From the NCBI GenBank assembly GCA_951406725.2, contig OX597828.1, positions 41,106,001 to 41,170,000 on the forward strand: a stretch of DNA of 64,000 bases. Reading direction: 5' to 3'. The position numbers were made by a program, and so were the translations under genes. Under the pieces are notes generated by a model that was not told where the DNA came from, made no database searches, and saw only the letters and a list, made by a program, of their open reading frames with translations. Below, piece by piece: positions 26,560 to 38,375 of this stretch (positions are counted from its first letter, which is position 1; every line of letters starts with the position of its first letter). This DNA is from Octopus vulgaris (lineage: Eukaryota).

Positions 26560-28279
26560 TATCAATTGCACTACGGAGGAACCTCTAGGTGACTCTGATC
26601 ATGCTATGATCATCGCCAATCTGGCTCTTGCGGGCAACAAAAACCTGAACCATCTCCAATCTGCTTCCTTCGATTGGAAGAGAGCAGATTGGAACCTGTA
26701 CCACACTGAACTACAGCACCCAAACTGGCGTGAATTCTACAACTCTGGAGATGTGAATACTATACTCCAGAGTATCCTGGACTCAATATGGGCAGCATGT
26801 GCAGCATCAGTGCCACGTAAACAAAAAAAGAAGAACCGCCCCAAAAGGGCAATTTGGGAAACTTCAGCGGTCCGACTTGCCAGGAGGGAACGTCGGACTG
26901 CTGAACGGGAATACAGGTTGCATAAATCAGACACCAACAGGAAGAAGCGGAATAAATCCTCCAACCATCTCAAGCAAGTGACAAAAAAAGCAGTGCTTGA
27001 ATTTGAACAGTGCATAGCAGCCAATCCTGACAGCAAGGTTTTCTGGAAATATGTGCACTCAAAGCAGAGACCTCACTCTCCAGTGGGCCCTCTTCGCAAC
27101 CCTCACACAAACCAGATCACTGACGACCCCAAGGAATGCGCAGAACTCATTGCCGAGTGCTATGCAAACATATTCACTGTTGAAAGTCAAAATGTACCAT
27201 CTTCACCATCACTAACAGCAAACTCCATAACAACTATGGAATTTACACCTGCAATGCTGCGACGTCACCTTCAAAATAAGCGCAACTATGCCTCCCCTGG
27301 TCTCGATGGAGTTACATACCTGCTTCTCAAACGTGGCAGGCACTTCCTTTTACACCAGCTTTCTATTTTCTTCCAGTACTGTCTCAACAATGGTGCTACT
27401 CCGGAGCAGTGGAAAACTGCCAGTGTCATTCCTCTGTTCAAAAAGGGCGACCGCACATCACCTGTCAACTATCGCCCAGTCAGTCTCACTAGCTGTATTG
27501 CAAAACTGATGGAATCGTGTGTCAGAGAAACACTCTGGAACTTCTGGAGCTCTCACAGTCTCATCCGACCCTCACAATATGGATTTGTCCCTAACTCCAG
27601 CTGCAGTGACCAGCTTGTCGAGTTCCTTGAGGACATTACTCAGATTACTGACAGTGGCTCATGGGTGGATGTTGTCTACCTTGACTTTGCTAAGGCTTTC
27701 AACTCTGTGCCACACAAAAGGCTTATGGTGAAACTCTCTGCAATGGGTGTGGGGTATGACCTTTTTAACTGGTTGAAATCCTTCATCCTCAGCCGAAAGG
27801 AGGTAGTCACAGTTCTAGGACAGCACTCTACACCATATGAGATGTCATCGGGTGTACCACAGGGATCTGTCCTTGGCCCCCTCTTGTTTGTGGCATACAT
27901 TAACGACATAGATGCCAATTTAAAGAATGCCACAGTATTGAAATATGCAGACGACATCAAGCTGTACCTTGAAATCAAGAGGACAGATCCTGATGTCTAC
28001 AACTCTTTCCTGCAATCAGACCTAGACACAATGCAGCAATGGATCACAGACTGGCAACTGAAACTGGCTGTGGACAAGTGTACCACCATGCATTTTGGGA
28101 TAAAAAACCCTGCGTTCACATACTCCCTCCACAACACTGATATCAAGAAATCCTCTTGCGAGCGTGACCTAGGCATCACTGTCAGCAGTGATTTGCGTTG
28201 GTCAAAGCATATCTCTAAGATTGTCAGTTGTAGTGCACCTGAGCACTGTACACAATTATTATTATTATTATTATTATTA
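26560..28279 (+). mobile_element. CR1-clade LINE ORF2 fragment (end of AP endonuclease plus reverse transcriptase), 5'-truncated and internally deleted
   Basis: ORF 26429-28348 contains GDSDH (endonuclease end), NYRPVSLTS, YLDFAKAF, SGVPQGSVLGPLLF, YADD and ERDLGI. At ~28225 it jumps to the 3' end GTGCACCTGAGCACTGTA plus a (TTA)n tail, which is shared with the copies at 10116, 46207 and 59563. Confidence 0.9.
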
Positions 28280-30695
28280 ATCTTTCAGCAATCCTCTCCA
28301 ACTTTTCCCATCCATATATACCATGTAATAGGTCATACACCTTTATAGGTCATACGCCTACTGATCCATTGGGAAGTTTGAGTGAGCAGAGATTATAGTG
28401 GTTTCCCAGAACATTTGAGCCTACCCCAGGCTTTATAAGGCATCAGCATTCACTATTCCAGGTCTTTCGCTCTAGACCTTCTAAGGTCTAGTCACTGACC
28501 ACAGAGCTACTCAACCATGTTCCAGTTCTAGTGACAGACAACCAGTCAGCCAACCATGTTCCTGATCCAGTCATGACGACGCTAATATACACCAGCAGCG
28601 TAGGACATCTCCACCATCATCGCCATTCACCACCGTTGACTTCAAATACATACACAGCACTCGTCCAGGTTTAAACTCCATGCTGTTTGTGAATATTTCA
28701 CCGAGGTAAAACAGTTCCAGTCTACCTCAAAGAACTTCCTGTATCAAGAGACTCAGCATGGCATTGAAGCCACAAACTGCTGCACGACATGTGCCCAACC
28801 GGCATTCTGCCTCGTGACCCCAACATTTTGTTATAGAACTATTGCTATCATGTACCTCACTTATGAACTGGTAAACCAATTCCATCTTAACTCAATATGC
28901 TGATCTTATACTCTGTATTTTGTTTTATACGCACACACCTCCTGTCATACACACGAACACCCAGACACAAACACTTGTTGCACGCATTCAGACACTACAC
29001 TTTGCTAGCACCCATACTTTATTTTTGTACACATTGTAAATAAAGTCTTCTTTTCTCTCAAACAGTAGAACGGTTGTCGTCCTCATTTATTCCTTTTGGC
29101 ACTGTATTTGGCTTCTTATTTTGATAGGGGCAACCGTGCAGCATTCAAAAGGAGACATTTGTCACCAACTCCTTACGTACGGTCGTATTCCCTACAAACT
29201 TAAAGCTAAAATCAGTACAAACGCATGAACAATGTCATAAGTAACAGTGACAAACGAAATATACACCGCCGATAGTTGTTGTTGACAAACAACGGCAGTA
29301 ATTTTATTCAGCTGAATACACGTATTTGATTGGTTGAAATTACCGAAATACTAGAACTTTAACGTGAAATAACTTCGTAAATATAAGTTTTTCTCAAAAA
29401 TGCTGAGAGTAAAAGATGTTTTAATATGACACATTCTACCAGTGTCCGAAGTTTGAAAGTGTTTAGTAACAAAAAATTATTTTTAAAACTAGTTTCAAAA
29501 AGTAAAGATCCGAATTTTTTTTTAGAATCATAATCTCCGTATTTTCCCCGCATATTTTGAGAAGAAAAAAATTCTGAAAAAAGTTTAAAATGAAAGAAAT
29601 GGAGATGGTAATTTAGAAATGTCGATTTTTGCCAATTTTTTGGCAGATTCGTATTCCCCGTAGCCGAAAATGGGGGAGGGGTCTGTGTCGAAAAAAAAAA
29701 AGTTTAAAAAAAGTGTGGTTTCGGGGTGGGGACGGACGGAAGTCTTGCCAATTCAAATTGTTGTTTGTTGACGGATGCTGAACAGGACTGATACAAAATA
29801 TGGATTTGTGTAATCTAAGTGGAAAAGTGGCTTTGATTAGCGGTGAGGGAAATTTTCACCTGTTTATTATTTTCTGTTTTATTTTCGCTATTATAAAGAA
29901 ACGAACAACATACAGCTAAGTATAATAAATAATTCATTGGAAACATCTCTACCCTTTACATCGCCGCGTAGTATGTGGTTGTTCGCCTTGCTAGAAATAG
30001 CAGTTAAATATTCTTTAAATGAAACCTAACTGCGTAAAAGAAAGAAATATATTTAGAATAGTCTATTCTAAGATACTGCTAAAAGAAAAAAAAAAAAGAA
30101 TCGTAAGTTTGCTGAGAATTGATTTAAAGCTGAACAACATTATTGCATGTTTGTTTATATTGATATTAACTAAAAATGTTTATTAATCATGAACCTGACT
30201 ATAATTTACGAAAGCAAAAAAAGAATAGAGTCCTTTCACTTTAAAGCCAAGAGAAAAAGATGTTCTATGTAACACATTCTTTCGGTATACGAAGTTTAAA
30301 AGTGTTTAGTTACAAAGAAATTGTTTTTAAAAATCTGCCGGTCAAAGTGAAAAGATCCAAAGAATATATTAAGAATCAGTCGAAAAACACACTAAACAAA
30401 ACAAATAATAAATTGAATTGAAAGGCATGCAACACGCCCCCGTCAGCTCTACATCGCATCATAAATATATTGGTGTTTCTTCCCTCTAAATTCTTTTATC
30501 GTAGAAGCTAACAACAAAACTGACAGAAACACGCCTCTCTACCTTATTAAGAGCGGGTACCAAACCAAATGAAATTTTCTAAATAAGTTTCTGTGCTGTG
30601 AGGTTTGGTATTTCGGGCAAGACCCTTCTTCAAGGAAACTTGGCCCCATTTTTAGTGTCTGTTTTATTTATTCATTTTTTTCTTTTTATCGTATA

Positions 30696-31084
30696 GGCGC
30701 AGGAGTGGCTGTGTGGTAAGTAGCTTGCTAACCAACCACATGTTGGTTCCGGGTTCAGTCCCACTGCGTGGCATCTTGGCCGACCAATGCCTTGTGAGTG
30801 GATTTGGTAGACGGAAACTGAAAGAAGCCTGTCGTATATATGTATATATATATATATATATATGTGTGTGTTTGTTTGTCTGTGTTTGTCCCCCTAGCAT
30901 TGCTTGACAACCGATGCTGGTGTATTTACGTCCCCGTCACTTAGCGGTTCGGCAAAAGAGACCGATAGAATAAGTACTGGGCTTACAAAGAATAAGTCCT
31001 GGGGTCGATTTGCTCGACTAAAGGCAGTGCTCCAGCATGGCCGCAGTCAAATGACTGAAACAAGTAAAAGAGTAAAAGAGAGTA
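30696..31084 (+). mobile_element. tRNA-derived SINE (family 1), young copy
   Basis: GGCGCAGGAGTGGCTGTGTGGTAAG head, with a small internal deletion, and a (GTAAAAGA)n tail. Confidence 0.85.
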
Positions 31085-31587
31085 ACACAAGTTTTCTGCG
31101 AGTAACACACCTTTTGACATGTGCGCCATTTCCATATTATCTCTGTAGCTATCATCTCTGTTTATCTTACACATGCATAAATAAATAAACGGTGGGGTTG
31201 CAGAGTATGTACGCAAACTTTGACCTCTTTTACAAATTTTTTGGCATTCCTTCGGTTTGACTCGACAAAACAATAACAAGACCTCGCTTGTTTCCGTGAC
31301 TAGTCGACAATTCACTTCGGATATCTTCGTGACCTCCGTGACAGCCACTAAAATGGGAGGAGGAGAAGAAAGCTAATGGGTTGTGTGTGCATGCTTGTTC
31401 TCGTCCGTGTGTACGTGTACGTGCTTCTTGTGTGTGTGTGTGTGTGCTTGTTCTTGCCTCTGTGTGTACACACAGTAGCTGTCACTGTCATGGAGGTCAC
31501 GAAAATATCCGAAGTGAATTATTGAGTTGTCATGGAAATAAGTGAGGTCTTCAGTCAAACTGAAGGAATGCCATTTTTTGGGGGGTC

Positions 31588-32646
31588 AGTGAAACATGGG
31601 CCGTGACTGCTGAGGACATGCGTAAGCTCGCGAGGAATGAAGCCAGTATGCTCCGATGGATGTGTAATGTCAGCGTGCATACTCGACAGAGCGTTAGTAC
31701 CCTGAGAGAAATGTTGGACCTAAGAAGCATCAGTTGTGGTGTGCAAGAGAGACGATTGCGCTGGTATGGTCATGTGGCGAGAATGGATGAAGATAGGTGT
31801 GTGAGGGAACCCGTGGAAGAGGTAGACCCAGGAAAACCTGGGACGAGGTGGTGAAGCACGACCTTCGAACCTTGGGTCTCACTGAGGAAATGACTGGCGA
31901 CCGAGACCTTTGGAAATATGCTGTGCGTGAGAAGACCAGGCAGGACAAGTGAGTCCAGCCCACTTATGCATGCCTTTCCCCCCTTAGACACACAAAGACC
32001 TGTTGAGGCAAGCGAAGTCGATATCGAACCTCTTCCGACGACAAACACCTATGGCAACCCCCCTTGCTTGCGAAGACCTGTTGGGGCAAGTGAAATCGAA
32101 ATTGAACCAATCCTATGACTAGCACCCGGCAGATGCCAGGGCCCTGGGACTGGAGGTATGTAAAAAGCACTATCCGAATTGTAGCCGATGCCAGCGCCGC
32201 CTCGACTGGCTTCCATGTCGGTGGCACGTAAAAAGCACCATCCGAATCGTAGCCGAAGCCAGTGCCGCCTCGACTGACTTCCATAAAATGCACCATCCGA
32301 ATTGTGGCTGATGCCAGCGCCGCCTCGACTGGCTTCCATGTCGGTGGCACGTAAAAAGCACCATCCGAATCGTAGCCGAAGCCAGTGCCGCCTCGACTGG
32401 CTTCCATAAAATGCACCAATCCGACCGTGGCCGATGCCAGCCTCGCCTGGCACCAGTGCAGGTGGCACATAAAAAGCACCCACTACACTCACGGAGTGGT
32501 TGGCGTTAGGAAGGGCATCCAGCTGTAGAAACGTTGCCAGATAAGACTGGAGCCTGGTGCAGCCTTCTGGCTTCCCAGATCCCCGGTCGAACTGTCCAAC
32601 CCGTGCTAGCATGGAGAACGGACGTTAAACGATGATGATGATGATG

Positions 32647-32648
<2 letters not shown>
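31588..32648 (+). mobile_element. RTE-clade LINE 3' end (ORF2 C-terminus, repeat-containing 3' UTR, (GAT)n tail)
   Basis: Encodes RNEASMLRWMCNV...RLRWYGHVARM, then a frameshifted GRGRPRKTW. The UTR ends GGACGTTAAACGATGATGAT. Shorter 3' copies are at ~441-698 (+), 5100-5342 (+), 11449-11870 (-), 12655-12931 (-), 19686-19952 (-), 42995-43367 (+), 53020-53340 (+), 58640-59012 (+) and in both foldback arms. Confidence 0.85.
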
Positions 32649-32678
<30 letters not shown>

Positions 32679-35600
32679 ATGTGTGTGCATATGATGTAGT
32701 TTCACATGTTGTGCATATGGATTAAAAATATTGAAGTTGTCACAAAATGCTGGTTGAGAGGTTTCTTATACATGTAAGCCATAACAAGAATAGTCTCTAC
32801 AGTGAGCTGAATTCCAGAGCTTTTATAAATTCACTCAAAAGTTCTAGAACATTCTATAAAATCTTTAGGCATGGAAGTTAAACTTTTTTCTGTCTGTCAA
32901 TGCTTATCAAAAACTGGTGTGAACAATGACTGACTGGAAAAAATGTCAGTAGGTGTTATAATAGAGTTTAGAGATATAGCGAAAAATTAACCCTAGTTAA
33001 CATTACCAAATATAGTAATATTAATTGCTAGTGGCTATTATCACTGATCAACATTATCAAATACGATAATATTATTCACCAGCTGGTATGACTTTCAAAC
33101 TTTCCATGTTTGAATTTGGAGAAGACTATCCTGCTACAGTGCATCCTATAGTGTGTCAATGTATTAGTGTGTGTGTGTGAAATGTAACTCTTTGACTATG
33201 AGTATAACATAGTTTAATGTATTATTTCTTTGTTCAGGTGCCAGTTCTGGTATTGGTGCCGGTACTGCAGTGTTGTTTAGTAAACTTGGTGCAAAGTTGG
33301 CTATTACTGGCAGGAAAGAAGACAACTTGAAGAAAACTGCCGATGAATGTGAAAAAAATGGTTGCCAGGTAAAGCATTCACATACGTAGATGCATGTAGA
33401 TGTGCAAGCCTGACTTCTGCATGCATATATAATGACCATCCCAAAATACAACAATATCTGTTTCAACACACGATTTCGCATCAGGAATCTTGAAAGACGA
33501 ATTGATAAACGTATTATATATATATATAGGTAAACAGAAGTGCTAACCTGGAACTAAAGTCTCATTTCTTCTCAGTCTAGTGAGGTATATAATCATCCCA
33601 AGGTCCAACATATTACAAGGCAAAATGCCTGCCACTCTATTAATTAAGCATTCATTGCCTTTCAATGTTTCTATTCCTGCCTTCCTGGGATTAAATGGCT
33701 GTTTTTGTTAAACTATATGAAAAAGAAATTTTTAATACAGACTCAAACCCCAATAAATGTTAGGGTTCGCCATCTGTGGTCTGTTTAAATTGATGGTCTA
33801 TGCTATTTAATGAAAACTATTTCTTATTTCAGCCATTAATCGTTGTGGCTGATCTTTCAAAGGAAGATGATGTCAAAACTTTGATGGAGAAAACCATTTC
33901 TCATTTTGGAAAACTAAACATTTTGGTAAATATATTTGTTTCTTAAATCTGCTGCAATTTCTAATGTTCCTAATCTTTACACCTTATCTTTAATCCTTTC
34001 TATACCAGTTCACCTCAGAGCACTTTTGGTTTTGATTCCAGCCCTGCTTGTTTTAAAATATTCATATACTAATTCAAACTTCCATTCTTAAACTATTGCT
34101 TGCTTCCTTTTCCATTTCCCTCATACCTTCTGTCTATACTCATCCCTTATAATATTTATTTCAAATCTTGGCACAGTTGATTACATTGACACCAGTGTTT
34201 AACTGGTACTTATTTATCAACCCTCTTCCTAACACCAACCACTCCAGCTGTAGAAACACTGCCAGATCAGACTGGAGCCTGGTGCACCCTCCTGGCTTCC
34301 CAGACCCCGGTCGAACCATCCAACCTGTGCTAGCATGGAAAATGGACGTTAAACGATGATGATGATGATAATGTTGATGAAAGGATGAGAGGCAAAGTCA
34401 ACCTTGGCAGAATTCGAACTAAGAACATGAAGATAGATGAAATGCTGCTAAGCATTTTACCCGGCATACTAATGATTCTGCCCGCTTACCACCTTCTCAT
34501 CCCTTATAATATTGGTTTCAAATTTTGGCACAAGGCTAGCAGTTTTGGGGGAGGAAGTAAGTTAATTGCATCGATCCCAGTATTCAGCTGGTACTTATTC
34601 TATTGACCCCCAAAAGCATGAAAGGCAAAGTCAACCACAGCGGAATTTGAACTCAGAGTGTAAAGACAGATGAACTGTTGCTAAGCATTTTTGCCTGGCA
34701 TGCTAAAAGTGCTGTTAGCTCACTGCCCCCATCCAGACAGCTCTAGTCCCACCTTTGTACACAACCGACCCTATCACTTTTTCAGCTTTATCCCTCTCAT
34801 TTTTTCTCAACTCTGTCACTAATCCCTTCTTTGTCCCCTGTTCCCTGCCATACTCCTTGATTTTCTCCTCTTATCATTCCTCGTCTCTCCACCATAAAAT
34901 CATTACTGACTCTCTCTTGTGTCCTCCCTAAGTTATAGGGGCCAATTTAGGCCCTTAACCTTGCAAATTATAAGGCAGTCTTCACTCGTGCCATGGGTGC
35001 CATGGAAAAAAAAAGCACCCAGTACATTCTGTAAAGTGGTTGGCATTGGGAAAGACATCCACCTGCAGAAACTTTGCCAAAGTAGACATGGGAGCATGAT
35101 GTTGTCTTCTGATTGGTCATCCCCTTTCAAACTATGCCAGCTTGGCAGCCAGATGCTAAATGATGATGATGATGATGTTTCAGACACCATTTTAATTAAT
35201 GATAAAATTTTACCTAATCCTTCTAAATTGCTTAAATTTAATTATCAATATTTTGTTTTCTATTTGTTTCAAAATGAATTTAAATATGGACTGTCTCATT
35301 TGAAATAGAGTTATGAAAGAATGAACTAACATTGTCTTAACCTTTTTTACCATTTTCTTGGTGCCATTATTTTGTCCTTTCAACCCTTATTTTTCCCCTG
35401 CCATTCTTTGCCTCCACATAATGCCTTATTTCTTGTACTTCCACTTTAGAAACTATGTTTATCTTTTGTATGGCGTCAACAGGTGAACTGTGCTGGAATT
35501 TTAGCATATGGGAGTATTGAAACCACAAGCTTGGAACAATATGACGAAGTCTTTAACATTAACGTACGGTAAGAAATTTGTAATTAAATGTTAATCATCT

Positions 35601-35904
35601 TAATTATGTATAAACATTGATTACCTATATAATTATATAAATATTGATTGCGCTTATATATAAACAATGCAATAAAAAACATGTTAGGTGTGTAAACAAT
35701 ATAACAGAAGTTATACATGATTAAAAATATATTAGTTATGTAAAAGACATGTTTAAAAAGAAATCTGCAAAATATCTTAAACAGCTGTGTGGAATTTTGT
35801 TAGTGTCCTCTATTATTGACAGAAGCTGGAGGAACCTTATTGCATATATACACAGCTTCTTTAATGCCCCTGTATATATAGTTCCTATCTTTTAAAAGAC
35901 TTTT

Positions 35905-36307
35905 ATTCTTTATTCTTTTATTCTTTTACATGTTTCAGTCATTTGACTGTGGCCATGCTGGAGCACTGCCTTTAGTTGAGCAAATCGACCCCGGGACTTA
36001 TTCTTTGTAAGCCCAGTACTTATTCTATCGGTCTCTTTTGCCAAACTGCTAAGTGACGGGGATGTAAACACACCAGCATCGGTTGTCAAGCAATGCTAGG
36101 GGTACAAACACAGACACACAAACACATACATACATATACATATATACGACAGGCTTCTTTCAGTTTCCGTCTACCAAATCCACTCACAAGGCATTGGTCG
36201 GCCCGGGGCTATAGCAGAAGACACTTGCCCAAGATGCCACGCAGTGGGACTGAACCCGGAACCATGTGGTTGGTTAGCAAGCTACTTACCACACAGCCAC
36301 TCCTGCA
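35905..36307 (-). mobile_element. tRNA-derived SINE (family 1), young copy
   Basis: Near-identical to the copy at 1697-2100. Confidence 0.85.
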
Positions 36308-38029
36308 CCAACTTGAGAACCTCCAGTTACTGGAAAATACTAGGAGTGAAATTTTTGCTTCATGTCCATATATGACAAAATACCTCTTAGTGAGAATTAA
36401 GGATAAACCACCAGACACATCATAACACATTCCAGTGTTGGCTCATGTAATTGTTGATATTTCCTAAGGCATTAGTTATATTTACTGTTCAGTTAATTAT
36501 CTTCTTTTGATTTCTCTTTGTCTTTTTGTTAATGCATTTGCTCATTCAAACATCGATTGAATCAAATACATACATACAGATAGACAAATGCACGTACAGA
36601 TACTGTTTCTTTTGCTGTCAGGCTTTTTGACATGTCTTGATATATAGGTGCTGACTGTAAAACAAAGGGCATCACCCCCTCTCTCTCTTCCGGAGAGGCA
36701 CTGAGCAGCTTTACGCACATATACACACACGGCAGTAACCTCCGCCTACCGAATTCAATCACAAAGCTTCGGTTGACTCGGGGCTATAGTGGAAGACATC
36801 TGCCCAAAGTGCCACGCAGTGGGACTAAACCCGAAACCATGTAGCTAGGAAGCAAGCTCCCTAACCACACAGCCATGCCCGGCAATCCTTCACAAAAGCT
36901 TCACTGAACTGTTTGTCCAACAGACTCAGGGAATTATAAACTAATTGGACACAAGTCAGGGTTGGCATCAGGAAAGGTATACGACTATAGAAAATCTGCC
37001 TCAGTAAATCCTTATCTGACCTTTATTGTAAAAACATAGAAGTTAAAACGCAGATGGTAATAATGATGATGATAACTAATTTTTTATCTCTAGGTCTGTC
37101 TTTCAGTTGACCATTGTTAGCAGTGCCTCATTTGATAGCAACACAAGGATCTGTAGTGAATGTTTCCAGTATAGACGGTCTAAGAACTGTAAGTCATTTT
37201 CAGAAAAGATTTGTTTTTATAATAACGTTGCTTCCCAAAGCAACTATATAACACTTTTTAGATTTTCCTTCAAGATCAAATTCCAATTTCCATATTAAAA
37301 TTGGAGAAAGTCTATTTTTCTCTTAAATTTTGTAAATTTCAAAGAATTAGTATTTTTATAGCAATGAGTTAATGTTTCTAGCAAAGTCTGTCATGCCACT
37401 TTTACTGTGGGATGTGAGTGAAATTGTAATAGTTTGAAGGAATATTTCAGGATATTGGTATGTAACATAAGGTGTTGAGCTGCCAGAATTGTTAGTACGC
37501 CGGACAAAATGCTGCTAAGCATTTTGTCCATCTTTATGTTCTGGGTTCAAGCATGGAAAAGTAGATGTTGAGAAGATGATGATGTTTCTTGCAAACATTC
37601 CCACTTGTTTTACTTGTGAGTGAAATTGCAATAAGTGCAAGGGTTATCTAGGAAGGGCATCCAGCTGTAAAATCTTCACCAAAACAGGCACAGAAGTCTG
37701 GTGCAGGCTTCTGCCTGTCCAGCTCCTGTCAAACCGTTCCAACCCATGTCAGCATGGAAAGCAGATGTTAAATGATGATGGTGATGATTAATATTGATTT
37801 GGAGCATGAGCACAAGCATTTGCTAGATTAACCTAGTAATAAACACATGCAACAGGCCCTGCATTTTCAGAGCCCACACATTTTCAAGGGCCCTGTGCTA
37901 AATGCCTTATTGTTATAGTCTTTCAATTTTATAGACCTTTGCAGGGTTAGAACTTAGAACAAGGAACAGCCCTGCCACCAACACATTGTCTTTGTTTCAG
38001 GTAAATACTGTTGAGATTGTATATTGAAT

Positions 38030-38375
38030 AGGTTCATGGCTCAGTGGTTAGAGCGTTGAGCTCAGAATCATGAGGTAGAGAGTTTGATTCCCAGACTGGG
38101 CTGTGTGTTGTGTTCTTGAGCAAGACACTTTATTTCACGTTGCTCCAGTTCACTCAGCTGTAGAAATGAGTTGTGACATCACTGGTGCCAAGCTGTATCA
38201 GCCTTTGCCTTTCCCTTGGATAACATCAGTGGCATGGAGAGGAGAGGCTGGTATGCATGTGCGGCAGCTGATCTTCCATAAACAACTTTGCCCAGACTTG
38301 TGCCTCGGAAGGGAACATTCTAGGTTCAGTCCCATGGTCATTCATGACCAAAGGGGTTCTTTACTCTTTACCCTT
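38030..38375 (+). mobile_element. tRNA-derived SINE (second family)
   Basis: TGGCTCAGTGG A box, AGTTTGATTCC B box and TTGTGTTCTTGAGCAAGACACTT core. Relatives at ~148-410 and 728-990. Confidence 0.75.

Noticed and set aside
37101-37110. Cryptic acceptor TTTCAG at 37106 as a rescue of the SDR-B frameshift
   Set aside because: It restores the phase (82-nt exon) but creates CG|T TGA, an immediate stop.
38030-38105. tRNA genes at SINE heads (also 1233 and 30696)
   Set aside because: A and B boxes are present, but I could not fold a proper cloverleaf and each continues into a multi-copy SINE body.
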